Part shown: positions 41,496 through 51,916 of the stretch, one piece after another | Position numbering within the stretch: position 1 is the stretch's first letter | Layout of the letters: every line of letters begins with the position of its first letter | Source: an uncultured Alphaproteobacteria bacterium | GTDB taxonomy: Bacteria; Pseudomonadota; Alphaproteobacteria; RF32; CAG-239 | Direction of reading: 5' to 3' | Length of the DNA stretch: 64,000 nt | NCBI GenBank assembly: GCA_910587405.1 | Contig: CAJUKS010000003.1 | Coordinates: 125,268-189,267 of the forward strand | Made by a program: the position numbers and the translations under genes | Notes under the pieces: generated by a model | What the model saw: the letters and a program-made list of their open reading frames with translations, nothing else | The model's database searches: none | Told to the model about the DNA's origin: nothing

Positions 41496-42338
41496 ATGAA
41501 GAAAATTATCATCAGCTCATGCTTCGGTCATGAAATCATGGCAGTGGCGATCGCCAAGTCTATGAACCTTTCTGTCGTTATCGTTCCCAACAAGGACAAT
41601 GCCGACGAGTTTAACAAAGAAAGCGAAAACATCCTCGTCAAGATGCTTCCGTTCTACTCCGCGTTGGAAACCGTTTCTTTCGAGGAGAAGGAGACGGCAC
41701 TGGCTGAGGGATGGGATGTCGTTCGTGAACTGAAAGAGGGTCGTTTCGACGCTTCTCTGTGGTTCAAGATGGCATCCTCCAGGTTGACGCCTTCTTTCGA
41801 AGGACTCCGCCGCTATCGGCAGTTGGAGGACAGGTTTAATGTTCTCTTCGTGCCGCAAAAGCTGAAGAGCGACGGCGAGTGCGGTGTTACGGCTGCTCAG
41901 CAGTCTCTCAACCCGCAGGTTCTGGCTTTCATGAAAGGCCTTGCCAACCTGGTGCTGGGGCAACACTTTCACAAGGTTAACGATTTGGAAACAGTCGAAG
42001 CCTTGGCGAAAGAGTTTGATCTCTATGTACCGGGTCAGACCGAGAACCAGGAAGTGTTCGGAATTCGCGGCGTGGCTCATGCCGAGTATTTCAACATGTA
42101 CCGCAATCTTGACGCTTCGGTCGGAATCGCCGGTACGCACACCTGGATCATGCTCGCGCTCTTCCCGGAAATCCCGCAGATCATTCTGTTTAACAGAAAC
42201 GGCGTGGAAAACTGGAAAGACATCGAAGCAGCCTATCAGAAGGCGGGTTACCGCATTTTCTGTATCGGTTTCGATGAAAACAGCGACATGGGTGAACTGA
42301 GCAAGGAGATCGAAGAGACTTACAAGAAGCTCTTCTAA
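41496..42338 (+). CDS. Hypothetical GT-B-fold-like protein (distant heptosyl/glycosyltransferase-like C-terminal half), atypical codon usage
   Basis: C-terminal GQTE...ASVGIAGTHTWIMLALFPEIPQIILF resembles the GT9 donor-binding region; Phe TTC clearly preferred over TTT unlike neighbouring core genes. Confidence 0.45.
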   Translation: MKKIIISSCFGHEIMAVAIAKSMNLSVVIVPNKDNADEFNKESENILVKMLPFYSALETVSFEEKETALAEGWDVVRELKEGRFDASLWFKMASSRLTPSFEGLRRYRQLEDRFNVLFVPQKLKSDGECGVTAAQQSLNPQVLAFMKGLANLVLGQHFHKVNDLETVEALAKEFDLYVPGQTENQEVFGIRGVAHAEYFNMYRNLDASVGIAGTHTWIMLALFPEIPQIILFNRNGVENWKDIEAAYQKAGYRIFCIGFDENSDMGELSKEIEETYKKLF

Positions 42339-42518
42339 ATCTTCACCAACTAAGAAGAAAGAGTGCCGGGGAGAAACCGGTACTCTTTTTTCTTTTTAAA
42401 CCGCCGGCGGTTGCCCTTGTCAAAAAAGCGGTTTTCTGCTATGACGGAAGAAACGCCCGGTCTAAACGGGAAATGCCGTCAAGCGTACGGTAAACGGCGC
42501 GGGAAAAGGAGGGGAAAT

Positions 42519-43121
42519 ATGCTGGCAGAATTGATACGGCGGGCGCAGGATGAAAACGAAAGCGTTTGTGACGAAGTCTTTGAAGGCGAACTGCTGACGG
42601 ATGAAAATATGTCGCAGATCGAGTTTGAACGGGTGCGGTTTGTCAAATGCAGGTTTGAACACTGCAACTTTGATCATGCCGCTTTTTATCACGGCAAGTT
42701 TGTCAATTGTGATTTTTCAAATTGCAGCTTTGTCGGTAGTTATTGGAAAAAAATGGAGATCGCGGGCAGCAAGGGCAACGGCGCCCGTTTGAGTGAAGCT
42801 GTTTTTAAAGAGTGCCGAATTGAGGAAAGCTTGTTTGATTATGCCGACTTTTCCCAGTCGTCGTGGGAAGCCTGTGCGGTCGGCAACAGCAAATTCCGCG
42901 AGAGTTTTTGGACGGAAGTTAAGCTGAAGAAAGTCAATTTTCAGGCAGTGGATTTCTGCCGCAGCGATTTTTTCAAAACCCGGCTGGCCGGGATTGATTT
43001 TTCGGGATGTATCATTGACGGAATTCAGATTTCGACCGGATTCGCTGAGTTGCGGGGAATTAAAATCGGGCTTGAACAGGCGGTCAGTCTGGCCGGGCTG
43101 CTTGGAGCCGAGGTGGTTTGA
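42519..43121 (+). CDS. Pentapeptide-repeat protein (Qnr/MfpA-like size, ~200 aa)
   Basis: Strong RBS aaaaggagggg; tandem A(D/N)LxF-type pentapeptides throughout. Confidence 0.75.
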   Translation: MLAELIRRAQDENESVCDEVFEGELLTDENMSQIEFERVRFVKCRFEHCNFDHAAFYHGKFVNCDFSNCSFVGSYWKKMEIAGSKGNGARLSEAVFKECRIEESLFDYADFSQSSWEACAVGNSKFRESFWTEVKLKKVNFQAVDFCRSDFFKTRLAGIDFSGCIIDGIQISTGFAELRGIKIGLEQAVSLAGLLGAEVV

Positions 43122-43234
43122 AAAGCGGTGAATAAAAACTTTCGAGTCGGCCGGTAATAAATTTTGTTGCGGTTGCCGAGATTTCGTTTTAAAAATAAAG
43201 CGAAGAATTTTGAGGACAGAGGAATAACTGACGA

Positions 43235-43675
43235 ATGGCAGACAAACCGCAAAGCCGGGCAAAGAAAATTTTGTTGTGGGCGCTGACTTCCCCGGTGACG
43301 CTTATTTTCGGCGCCCTGATGCTCTATTACGGTATTCAGGCTTATGTGTTGGGCAACAGCCCGTGGCAAAACAAGATCATCATGGCCGCAATTGCGGCGG
43401 CATGGGTTTTGTGGCTGGTATTTAAAAACCTGATAAAATTTATCTTACTGGCGCTGATTGCAGGAGGACTGTTTTACGGTTATTACCGTTTTGAAAACCG
43501 GGAGGAAATAGCCTGTAAAGAGCAGGGGCGGGTATGGAACAAGGAAGAGCGTACCTGCGAAGACAAAACGGGGTGGAAAGAAAAACTGGAACAATTGTGG
43601 CAGCAGTATATCGGCTCCAAGGAAGAAAAAGCGACAGACAAACAAGAAACGCCTTCATCCGGCGCTTCCAAATAA
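43235..43675 (+). CDS. Small membrane protein (3 predicted TM helices) with Cys-containing charged tail
   Basis: Hydrophobic segments; no homologue recognised. Confidence 0.45.
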   Translation: MADKPQSRAKKILLWALTSPVTLIFGALMLYYGIQAYVLGNSPWQNKIIMAAIAAAWVLWLVFKNLIKFILLALIAGGLFYGYYRFENREEIACKEQGRVWNKEERTCEDKTGWKEKLEQLWQQYIGSKEEKATDKQETPSSGASK

Positions 43676-43737
43676 AAAGCTGGATTTTTGCCGCCCGCAC
43701 GTTATATTATACTCAGGCGATATGAAGGGAGACAAAA

Positions 43738-44106
43738 ATGAAACTGATGAGTAAACTGACGTCTTTGATGTCGGACACCGGCAATAAATGGTTTCGGCGC
43801 GGGCGCGAGCCCCTGATCAGTGCCAAGGCCGCCAAAAAAATTCAGCAATCGGCGAGCGAACGCGGTTCTCGGTGTGCGGATGATACTTCAACCCCTCCCT
43901 ATCTGACGATTATTCCTCAGCTGAATGATAAGAATGAACAGATTTTTAAAGCGGCGGTTCTGAATTTGTATAAAATTGCGGTAGAGATGAAGGAATATCG
44001 TTCTGACATTTTGCAAGCCTTGTCTCATCAGGCGGAATCCCGGCGGGCAGAGACGGAGAGCGGCCGCTGGCTGCATGAAAAAATCGAACGTTTGCGCCAA
44101 TTGTGA
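43738..44106 (+). CDS. Hypothetical small basic protein (122 aa)
   Basis: ORF with terminator hairpin downstream. Confidence 0.4.
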   Translation: MKLMSKLTSLMSDTGNKWFRRGREPLISAKAAKKIQQSASERGSRCADDTSTPPYLTIIPQLNDKNEQIFKAAVLNLYKIAVEMKEYRSDILQALSHQAESRRAETESGRWLHEKIERLRQL

Positions 44107-44127
44107 TCATCTTTTTTTAATCTGTAA

Positions 44128-44153
44128 ATCTCCGGCTTCGGCCGGATTTTTTT
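44128..44153 (+). terminator. Rho-independent terminator tccggc-ttcg-gccgga + T-run
   Basis: GC hairpin followed by TTTTTTT. Confidence 0.5.
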
Positions 44154-44392
44154 ATTTGACATGCCGTAAAAAATTTGAGGCACAGACAAAAAAACGGCTA
44201 TGAGACATTGCTCTTAACAGTTTGAATTTAATCGGTTTTATCTTCTTAGGATTTGCGGCAAAAAAACGTACATTTAAATGACAGGAAAAATTTCTTCGCT
44301 GAACCTTGATTTTTGGTCTTGATTTCTGCAGCAAAATAACGTACAATATTTTCAATCACCTGAAACAATCAAGGTAATAAAGGGGAAGGGTT

Positions 44393-46420
44393 ATGAAAAT
44401 ATCGGGTAAAATTTGGGCGGTGTGCATGCTGCTGGTGTGCGGCTGCCTTTGGAGTGCCGGCAACGTATCGGCCAAGGTCTGTTTCGTCGGCGATTCCGAT
44501 TGTGCCGGCGGTGCCGACTTCGGGGACGGATATACCGACGACAGTGAGGATCTTTGTAAAGACGTCAAGGATGCCAACGGTAAATTGATGTATCAAAAAG
44601 CGCCGTGTCCGGCCAAGAGCCATGTTTCGGCAGTTTGTCCTTATAATGCCGCTTATGTGCAGTGTTGCGGCGATTCGTATGCTTATTCGACCTGCCCGTA
44701 TCCTTTGGAGAGCGTGGGACGCTGCGGCAACAGTTATAAATGCGCCTGTCCCAAAGAGAAGTTTCCTTATGCTTCCTGTCTCTCACCGACGATTCCCGGA
44801 GGCATCAATTGTCTGCAAATTGACGATGACAGCAAGACAACCAGTATTCATTATGAAAAATGCGTCTGTGATCCCGGTCTTTATCCCTATAAACAAAACA
44901 GCGACTGCGACGATAATCAGATTGTCGATCCCAAACGTACCTGTACCGATACCGACGGCGGCACTTTCTACTATCGCTGCAAATGTCCGGACAGCTGGAG
45001 TACCTGCGCCAGTATGGACGGGCAGGGGGCAATCGGCGCCAGGAAATGTTACAGCGACGGCAACACTTACCACAGTCAGTGTTGCGAATGCCCTTCGCCG
45101 TTTGAACGTTCGATGAACGATCCCTATGCAACCGATTACGAATATTGTCCCTGCAACAATAATTTCCGCAAGGCTTCGGGATGTAAGTTCGGTTACAAGG
45201 TTGATAACGGCCGTTGTATTGAAATGACCTGCGGTGATGCCCTGAAAGCTTTATTTGACAGCAGCAGCGCTTACGCGTCATATGGTTTGTACACCGGGAA
45301 CGCTCTGAGCCAGAAGACTCTGATTGTCGGTGATGACGTGTCTTCGGCCAGCTGGTCTCATTTTGCGGGTAAAACCGTGATGTCCGGTGCCGCCTTTGTC
45401 AGAAAGCTGAACGGCAGCAACAATTATATTAAGAATGTTCAGGAAAAATGTACCAACAGCATTCCGACGATTCAGTTTACATACAGTAGTTCCAATATTA
45501 CCGGAACTCAAAACTTTACTTCGGTCATTTTGAAGTATACTTCAAGCTTGTGGAACAAAGGGTCGTTTACCTGTACCAACTGCGGTATCGAATTCTGGAA
45601 GCTGTACAATACGGATAGCGGCGCCACGGTTAATCTGGCCTACAATTCAAATATGCCGAATGTCGACAATATGTATGTTAATGCAACCGGTATTGAAATT
45701 TCCAAGCCCTATCGTTCGGTCGGTTATAATTATCAGGTCGGCAGTTTGGGGACCAAAATTACCAACTACGGCGGCAACGGCGCGCATGTGATTATGTTTG
45801 AAGGCAAAAGCAACTCCAACCGTATGGCCTTTAACGGCGACTATCTGACGGTTAACGGTTTGGCGGCAATGAAATATGCCAACGTTCGGGTCGGACAGAC
45901 CTGTATCGGTACCAACTGTTCGTACGGAAGTTCTTCCGGAGTTTATTTCAATCCGGGTGACGTATGCAATACCAGCAGCACGTTGTCTTTATACTATACC
46001 AACTACTATCTGTACGAAGCCGGAACGGTAAGGACGGTTCATATGTCGACTTCCACCATGTTGGGTAAAGAAAACGACGGTACGGTATCGATTGTTTTCA
46101 GTGATGCCAGCTACAATACCCTGACTTTCTCCCAGTTGTGGAAATATTGCAGCAAACGCCCGGGCTGTGCGTATCGTTACATTACTTCCTACGGTTCGGT
46201 CAGCAGTCGTACGATGGATTGCGGGTATTATTCGCAGTCGGTTCGTGACGGCGAAAAGCACTCCAAACCCGACGATGCCCGTTGCAAGATCGACGGTAAC
46301 AATAACCAGTATGGTTTTGCTCAGGCAAGTTCGGCCGGATGTAACTGGCGCGACGGTGACGGCTCTGACCGTACGCCTTATTTCCAGCTGAACGGTCAGC
46401 GCGGATGGTCGCGAAACTGA
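44393..46420 (+). CDS. Secreted cysteine-rich protein (675 aa): signal peptide, ~260-aa N-terminal domain with ~34 Cys, then Asn/Ser/Thr/Tyr/Gly-rich beta-type C-terminal domain
   Basis: RBS aaaggggaaggg; Cys patterns CxCP, CCxC, CKCP repeated; no known bacterial family recognised. Confidence 0.7.
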   Translation: MKISGKIWAVCMLLVCGCLWSAGNVSAKVCFVGDSDCAGGADFGDGYTDDSEDLCKDVKDANGKLMYQKAPCPAKSHVSAVCPYNAAYVQCCGDSYAYSTCPYPLESVGRCGNSYKCACPKEKFPYASCLSPTIPGGINCLQIDDDSKTTSIHYEKCVCDPGLYPYKQNSDCDDNQIVDPKRTCTDTDGGTFYYRCKCPDSWSTCASMDGQGAIGARKCYSDGNTYHSQCCECPSPFERSMNDPYATDYEYCPCNNNFRKASGCKFGYKVDNGRCIEMTCGDALKALFDSSSAYASYGLYTGNALSQKTLIVGDDVSSASWSHFAGKTVMSGAAFVRKLNGSNNYIKNVQEKCTNSIPTIQFTYSSSNITGTQNFTSVILKYTSSLWNKGSFTCTNCGIEFWKLYNTDSGATVNLAYNSNMPNVDNMYVNATGIEISKPYRSVGYNYQVGSLGTKITNYGGNGAHVIMFEGKSNSNRMAFNGDYLTVNGLAAMKYANVRVGQTCIGTNCSYGSSSGVYFNPGDVCNTSSTLSLYYTNYYLYEAGTVRTVHMSTSTMLGKENDGTVSIVFSDASYNTLTFSQLWKYCSKRPGCAYRYITSYGSVSSRTMDCGYYSQSVRDGEKHSKPDDARCKIDGNNNQYGFAQASSAGCNWRDGDGSDRTPYFQLNGQRGWSRN

Positions 46421-46426
46421 TAATCT

Positions 46427-46528
46427 CCCCCGCCCGGGTCTGTTGATGAGACAGATGACACAATCCCCTTTAAGGGCGGGGCCCTTGATACGGGAAGGGA
46501 AGAAAAACGAATTGATGTTTTTCTTCCC
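46427..46528. other. Structured non-coding segment: long-range stem ccccgccc/gggcgggg and perfect 11-bp hairpin gggaagaaaaa-N10-tttttcttccc
   Basis: Lies in a 390-bp non-coding gap between two accessory genes; no T-run so not a canonical terminator. Confidence 0.25.
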
Positions 46529-46809
46529 GCACTCCCGAACCTGAAACAAGCTTAAGGGGAAACGGTCTACCGGACCTTAAACGGAAACCTTTTATACCAA
46601 ATTATTATCTACAACTATTTCCGTTTTATTATTCAAGGAGAGAATACAGACCCGCGTTTCCCGGACAATCCAGAAACGGCTCCCTGTGGTTCCTTATCAT
46701 AACGGTCGGTTGTACGATCCTGTTTCGACATCCCCGTCTCAAGCTCAGGCTTCCGACGATCAAATATTTCCGAAAACAGATTTAAACAACAATTAAAACC
46801 ATTTGTATT

Positions 46810-48057
46810 ATGAAAACTAACAAATTCTGGTTCGCAACGGCAGCAGCTGCCCTTGTAACCGTTATCTGCGTGTTCACCTCCTGCAGCAAGGAAGACGAGC
46901 CTTTCCTGCCAGAAGTGATCGAAAGTGAAGTTCTTGAAACCGGCATCAGCAATGACGTCAACGAGGTTTCCGGAACCGAAGGTACCAAACTGAGCTACGA
47001 ATCCTGGATTGTGGTCAAGGGACAAACCCGCGCCGCTTTCGAGAACAAAGTCTCCGTTACTCTCTGCAATCAGTTGAACAATCTTGAGACGGAAATTGAC
47101 GTTAAAGAGTTCAATTTCGGTCAGGTCAGGACCAGTATTACCTATGGTGTCGGCGACGGCAGCCGAACGGACGGATTTGTTCAAATTGCGGATTCTGTCA
47201 TGTTTTATAACGTGGAATATGACAATTTCTCATTTGCATTTGAACTTCCCTTCGAAGTGGCTGTTTACAACGACAAAGTGACCCGGCAGACGATGCCTTA
47301 TCATCGTTACGGAAACATTGTCGACAAGGGCAGCAGCGTTAAAGATCTGGAGATCGAAGTCGAAGATATCGGCAAATGGCAGAACGTCCGTGTGCGTAAA
47401 CTCTACCAACATGACATCTCGGTGGACTTTAACGGCAAAAGCTACGACCTCACGGCAAAGATTATCTTGAAAAAGACTTTGCAGACCAACGGTGAAAATA
47501 CGGTGTTGAAATGTGAACTGATTGATTCCGGAACAGAAGTTTTGCTCAACGAAGAGAGCAGCACCATGTACAAATCATGGATTAAGGTAAAACAGACGAT
47601 GCTCAACGGCAGTACGCGCGAACAAACCTATACGGTTGACGACATGTACGGATCTTTGGATCACGAACTGTTGGACTTTAAGAAGCTTCAGGACAAAAAC
47701 ATTATGCAACAAAACGCTTCGGTTATCGATGTTGACGACGTCGTCATCTCGGCCGGCGATGTTGTTTATGTGCATAAAGTCGAGCGCAGTTATGTTGTCG
47801 ATTACAACTATTTTTCGTTAAACTTCAAACTGCTGCACAACGAAGCCTACTATGATGACGGCATTACGACAATCAAATTCCCGTCCTTTAAGCACGAGAA
47901 TTTTGCGGACGAAGGCAAGTTAACCTTTGTCGGTGACTTTGTCGACGGTGGTTTTGAGTTTTCCGAATATTGGTTTGCTCATACGATTACGGCTGATTTC
48001 GGTTCGGTGAAACATACCGGATTACGTGATTTTCAGGTGATTACGCCCAAGCAATAA
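46810..48057 (+). CDS. Lipoprotein of unknown function (415 aa), atypical codon usage
   Basis: Signal peptide plus lipobox VFTSC; TTC/ACC/TCC/AAG/GAG-biased codons unlike core genes. Confidence 0.6.
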   Translation: MKTNKFWFATAAAALVTVICVFTSCSKEDEPFLPEVIESEVLETGISNDVNEVSGTEGTKLSYESWIVVKGQTRAAFENKVSVTLCNQLNNLETEIDVKEFNFGQVRTSITYGVGDGSRTDGFVQIADSVMFYNVEYDNFSFAFELPFEVAVYNDKVTRQTMPYHRYGNIVDKGSSVKDLEIEVEDIGKWQNVRVRKLYQHDISVDFNGKSYDLTAKIILKKTLQTNGENTVLKCELIDSGTEVLLNEESSTMYKSWIKVKQTMLNGSTREQTYTVDDMYGSLDHELLDFKKLQDKNIMQQNASVIDVDDVVISAGDVVYVHKVERSYVVDYNYFSLNFKLLHNEAYYDDGITTIKFPSFKHENFADEGKLTFVGDFVDGGFEFSEYWFAHTITADFGSVKHTGLRDFQVITPKQ

Positions 48058-48078
48058 GCGTGATTGCCCGAATGGTAA

Positions 48079-48116
48079 AAAGACGCCGCACCCGGCAGGG
48101 TACGGCGTCTTTTTTA
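48079..48116 (+). terminator. Rho-independent terminator aagacgccg/cggcgtctt + T6
   Basis: 9-bp stem, large loop, T-run. Confidence 0.6.
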
Positions 48117-48134
48117 TGAAAAAGGTGGTTGGCA

Positions 48135-48163
48135 AATAAAAAAACCGCTCCGAAGAGCGGTTT
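48135..48163 (-). terminator. Rho-independent terminator aaaccgctc-cgaa-gagcggttt for minus-strand PPIase gene
   Basis: Perfect stem; T-run on minus strand. Confidence 0.55.
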
Positions 48164-48181
48164 TTGCCGAAAGTCTGAGAC

Positions 48182-49012
48182 TTATTGAGCTGCCGGCGTT
48201 TTCGGCATCGGTTTGCCGTCCAGCTGGTATTGCTCGATTTTGGCGTTGTCAAGAATATTTTTCAACACGCTCTGAGCCGTTTTCTGAGCCAGAGCCTGTC
48301 TCAGTTGCGGTTCGGCTTCCTGATACGAAATCGGTTTGGAATCGCGAACGTCGTCAACAATGATGACATGATAACCGAAGTTGGTTTTGATCGGTTTCTG
48401 CGAATACTGGCCTTTTTTCATTCTGAAAGCGGCGTCGGCGAATTCCGGCACCATCATTTGTTTGGTGAAATAACCCAGGTTGGGGTTCTTTTCTTCGGAA
48501 TAGGTTTTTGCCAGTTGGTCAAAATTTTCGCCTTTTTTGATTTTGGCGATGATATCGTTGGCGGTTGCTTCGTCGCCGACCAAAATATGACGGGCGCTCA
48601 TTTCTTTTTGCGGCTTAAATTCTTTTTTGTACTGGTTGTACAAGTTCTTAACGTCGTTATCCGTAATTTTGCCTTCAACCTGCTGCTGAATGTAAACGTT
48701 GCTCATAACCTGTTTTTTGACGGCATCCAGCTGTTTTTTATATTCGGGGGTTGATTCGATGTTGGCTTTTTTGGCGGCCTGCAGGATCGCTGTTTCGGTT
48801 GCTTTGGCTTCTACCATACGGGGATAGAACTGATCAAAGGAAATTTGCGATTTGAGCTGCGGAAGCGCGTTGTAGGAATCCTTCAGTTCGGCAACCGTAA
48901 TTTTTTCGCCGTTGACAACCGCGGCAACGCCGTTTTTGCCTTCGGCACCGGCCGGCAGCGGATTTAAAAGCATGGCCGACAGAACGGCGGCAGCAATATA
49001 TTGAGTTTTCAT
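48182..49012 (-). CDS. Parvulin-type peptidyl-prolyl cis-trans isomerase (PrsA/PpiC/SurA-like), secreted
   Basis: Signal peptide; parvulin core ARHILV...FGYHVI. Confidence 0.75.
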   Translation of the reverse strand: MKTQYIAAAVLSAMLLNPLPAGAEGKNGVAAVVNGEKITVAELKDSYNALPQLKSQISFDQFYPRMVEAKATETAILQAAKKANIESTPEYKKQLDAVKKQVMSNVYIQQQVEGKITDNDVKNLYNQYKKEFKPQKEMSARHILVGDEATANDIIAKIKKGENFDQLAKTYSEEKNPNLGYFTKQMMVPEFADAAFRMKKGQYSQKPIKTNFGYHVIIVDDVRDSKPISYQEAEPQLRQALAQKTAQSVLKNILDNAKIEQYQLDGKPMPKTPAAQ

Positions 49013-49169
49013 AGATAATTACCTCCAAAAAATAAAACTACGTTTATTTATATAACAAAACAAAAATATTCCAAGCAAAATATTTACTAAAGTTTATAAC
49101 TCATGCGCAAGCTATTGACTTTAATAAATATAAACATTAAATGTAAGACTGACTTTAAATATTATCAAG

Positions 49170-51911
49170 GTGGAAAGATTTATGATAGGCAAAATAGCAA
49201 AGGTGTTTTTTGGCAGCGCCAATGACCGTTTTATCAAAAAACAATATAAGACAATCAATAAAATCAATGCGTTAGAGCCGCAAATCGAAAAGCTCAGCGA
49301 TGAGGAACTGAAAGGCAAAACCGCAGAATTTAAAAAGCGCCTCAATGACGGCGAAACGCTTGACGAACTGTTGCCGGAAGCTTTTGCCGTTGTCCGCGAA
49401 GCCGCGAAACGGACGTTGGGACAACGTCATTACGATGTGCAGCTGATCGGCGGTATTGTTTTGCACAAGGGAATGATTGCCGAAATGAAGACCGGCGAAG
49501 GCAAAACGCTGGTGGCAACGCTGGCCGCTTATTTGAATGCCTTGGAAGGAAAAGGGGTTCATATTGTTACCGTCAACGACTATTTGGCCAAACGCGACGC
49601 CGAATGGATGGGACAGGTTTATCGCTTTTTGGGTCTGACGGTCGATTATATCGTTCACGGCAAAAACGACGAGGAACGCCGTGCCGCTTATGCCAGCGAC
49701 ATTATTTACGGTACCAACAACGAGTTGGGTTTTGACTATCTGCGCGATAACATGAAGTTTTCGCTTTCCGACATGGTGCAGCGGCCGTTTAATTTTGCGA
49801 TCGTCGACGAAGTCGATTCGATTCTGATCGACGAAGCGCGGACGCCGTTGATCATTTCCGGCGCCGCCGAAGACTCCTCGGAAAAATATGTGGCGGTGAA
49901 CAGCATTATTCCGAAGCTGGTTGACGCGGATTATGAAAAAGACGAAAAAGCCAAGAGCGTGACACTTACCGAAGCCGGGATGGAACACGTCGAACAGCTG
50001 CTTAAGGAAACCGGACAAATCAAGGACGGCGGTCTTTATGATATGGCTAACGTGGCGTTGGTACAGCATGTCAACAATGCGCTGAAAGCGCACAAAATGC
50101 AAATTCGCGACGTTGATTATATCGTCAAAGACGGCAAGGTTGTGATTATTGACGAATTTACCGGCCGGATGATGGAAGGCCGCCGTTATTCCGATGGTTT
50201 GCATCAGGCGATCGAAGCCAAGGAACATGTTGCGATTCAGTCTGAAAATCAGACTCTGGCCTCGATTACTTTCCAAAATTATTTCCGTCTGTATCCGAAA
50301 TTGTCGGGTATGACCGGTACGGCGATGACCGAAGAAGCCGAATTCGTTGACATTTACGGTTTGTCGTGCATTGAGATTCCGACCAACCGTCCGGTTCAGC
50401 GTACCGATCATCATGATGAGATTTATCGTACCGCCAAAGAAAAATATGATGCCATTATTGAGACAATTTTGGATTGTCATCGTCGCGGACAGCCGGTTTT
50501 GGTCGGAACGACCTCAATTGAAAAGTCTGAGCTGGTGGCCGAACTGCTGCGCGCCAAGAGCGATGTCAAGTTTGAAGTGCTCAATGCCCGCCATCATGAA
50601 CGCGAAGCGGCAATTGTGGCCGAAGCCGGTGTTTCCGGGGCGATTACGATTGCCACCAACATGGCGGGCCGCGGTACCGATATTCAGTTGGGCGGCAATC
50701 CGGACATGCGCCTGAAAGCAACGCTGAAAGGCGACGAAACCCCGGATCAGGTTGCGCGGATGCGGGAGGAAATCAAGCTGGCGATTGATGCCGACAAAGA
50801 GAAAGTCGTTGCGTCCGGCGGTTTGTATATTCTGGGTACCGAACGTCACGAAAGCCGCCGTATCGACAATCAGTTGCGCGGTCGTGCCGGACGTCAGGGC
50901 GATCCCGGAACTTCCAAATTTTTCCTGTCGATGGAAGATGACCTGATGCGGATTTTCGGTTCGGAGAGAATGTCGGCGATGTTGCAAAAGCTGGGATTGC
51001 CGGAAGGTGAACCTCTTGTCCATCCGTGGATCAGCAAGGCGTTGGAAAAGGCTCAGCAGAAAGTGGAAGAACGCAACTTTGACATCCGTAAGAATTTGTT
51101 GAAGTATGACAATGTGATGAATGATCAGCGCAAGGTTATTTACGATCAGCGCAAAGAACTGATGAAGACCTCCGATGTTTCGGGAACGGTCGCCGAAATG
51201 CGCGATGAATATCTGAATGACGTTTTGGCGCCGTATCTGCAACGCAGCCTGACCCCGAAAGAATGGCCGCTCGGCGAGTTGCAGCAGGAAATCTGGCGCA
51301 TCAGCGGTTTCGTGCTGCCGGTTGACAAATGGGCCGAAGAGCCGGAAATGGATGCCGAAACGATGAGTTTGAAAATTGTTGAGACGATTGAACAGAACAT
51401 CATTGAGAAAAACCGCGGCGTGCCGGAAGAAATTGTCCGTCTGGTCGAAAAAAATATTCTGATGCAGGTGATGGATCAGTTGTGGAAAGAACATATCGCC
51501 ACTTTGGATTACATGCGCCACACCATTGTGCTGCGTGCCTACGGACAGAAAGATCCGCTCAACGAATACAAAAAAGAAGCCTTTAATATGTTTTCGGATA
51601 TGCTGGATCTGTTGCGCGAGAAAGTCACTTTCCTGACCTGCCGGGCACAAATTCAGAACGGAAACGAAGAAGATTTGCGTCTCCGTGAGCAAAATACCCG
51701 CATGCAGGCGATTCACGAAAGCCCGCAAAGCTTGATCGGCGGCGAAAAGGCGCCTGCCGAAGAAAAGGAAAAATCGGTTCCTTTCCAGTATACTAAAACG
51801 GAAATTGATCCAAAAGATCCGTCAACCTGGGGAAAAGTGTCGCGTAACGACGCCTGTCCCTGCGGCAGCGGCAAAAAATACAAACACTGCCACGGTCAGA
51901 TTCTGAATTAA
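49170..51911 (+). CDS. secA: Preprotein translocase ATPase SecA
   Basis: 913 aa; DEAD-like motor, C-terminal zinc motif [14 protein letters not shown]. Confidence 0.95.
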   Translation: MERFMIGKIAKVFFGSANDRFIKKQYKTINKINALEPQIEKLSDEELKGKTAEFKKRLNDGETLDELLPEAFAVVREAAKRTLGQRHYDVQLIGGIVLHKGMIAEMKTGEGKTLVATLAAYLNALEGKGVHIVTVNDYLAKRDAEWMGQVYRFLGLTVDYIVHGKNDEERRAAYASDIIYGTNNELGFDYLRDNMKFSLSDMVQRPFNFAIVDEVDSILIDEARTPLIISGAAEDSSEKYVAVNSIIPKLVDADYEKDEKAKSVTLTEAGMEHVEQLLKETGQIKDGGLYDMANVALVQHVNNALKAHKMQIRDVDYIVKDGKVVIIDEFTGRMMEGRRYSDGLHQAIEAKEHVAIQSENQTLASITFQNYFRLYPKLSGMTGTAMTEEAEFVDIYGLSCIEIPTNRPVQRTDHHDEIYRTAKEKYDAIIETILDCHRRGQPVLVGTTSIEKSELVAELLRAKSDVKFEVLNARHHEREAAIVAEAGVSGAITIATNMAGRGTDIQLGGNPDMRLKATLKGDETPDQVARMREEIKLAIDADKEKVVASGGLYILGTERHESRRIDNQLRGRAGRQGDPGTSKFFLSMEDDLMRIFGSERMSAMLQKLGLPEGEPLVHPWISKALEKAQQKVEERNFDIRKNLLKYDNVMNDQRKVIYDQRKELMKTSDVSGTVAEMRDEYLNDVLAPYLQRSLTPKEWPLGELQQEIWRISGFVLPVDKWAEEPEMDAETMSLKIVETIEQNIIEKNRGVPEEIVRLVEKNILMQVMDQLWKEHIATLDYMRHTIVLRAYGQKDPLNEYKKEAFNMFSDMLDLLREKVTFLTCRAQIQNGNEEDLRLREQNTRMQAIHESPQSLIGGEKAPAEEKEKSVPFQYTKTEIDPKDPSTWGKVSRNDACPCGSGKKYKHCHGQILN

Positions 51912-51916
51912 CCAAG

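Noticed and set aside
49272-51728. Two long minus-strand ORFs (402 and 404 aa)
   Set aside because: Shadow frames within secA.
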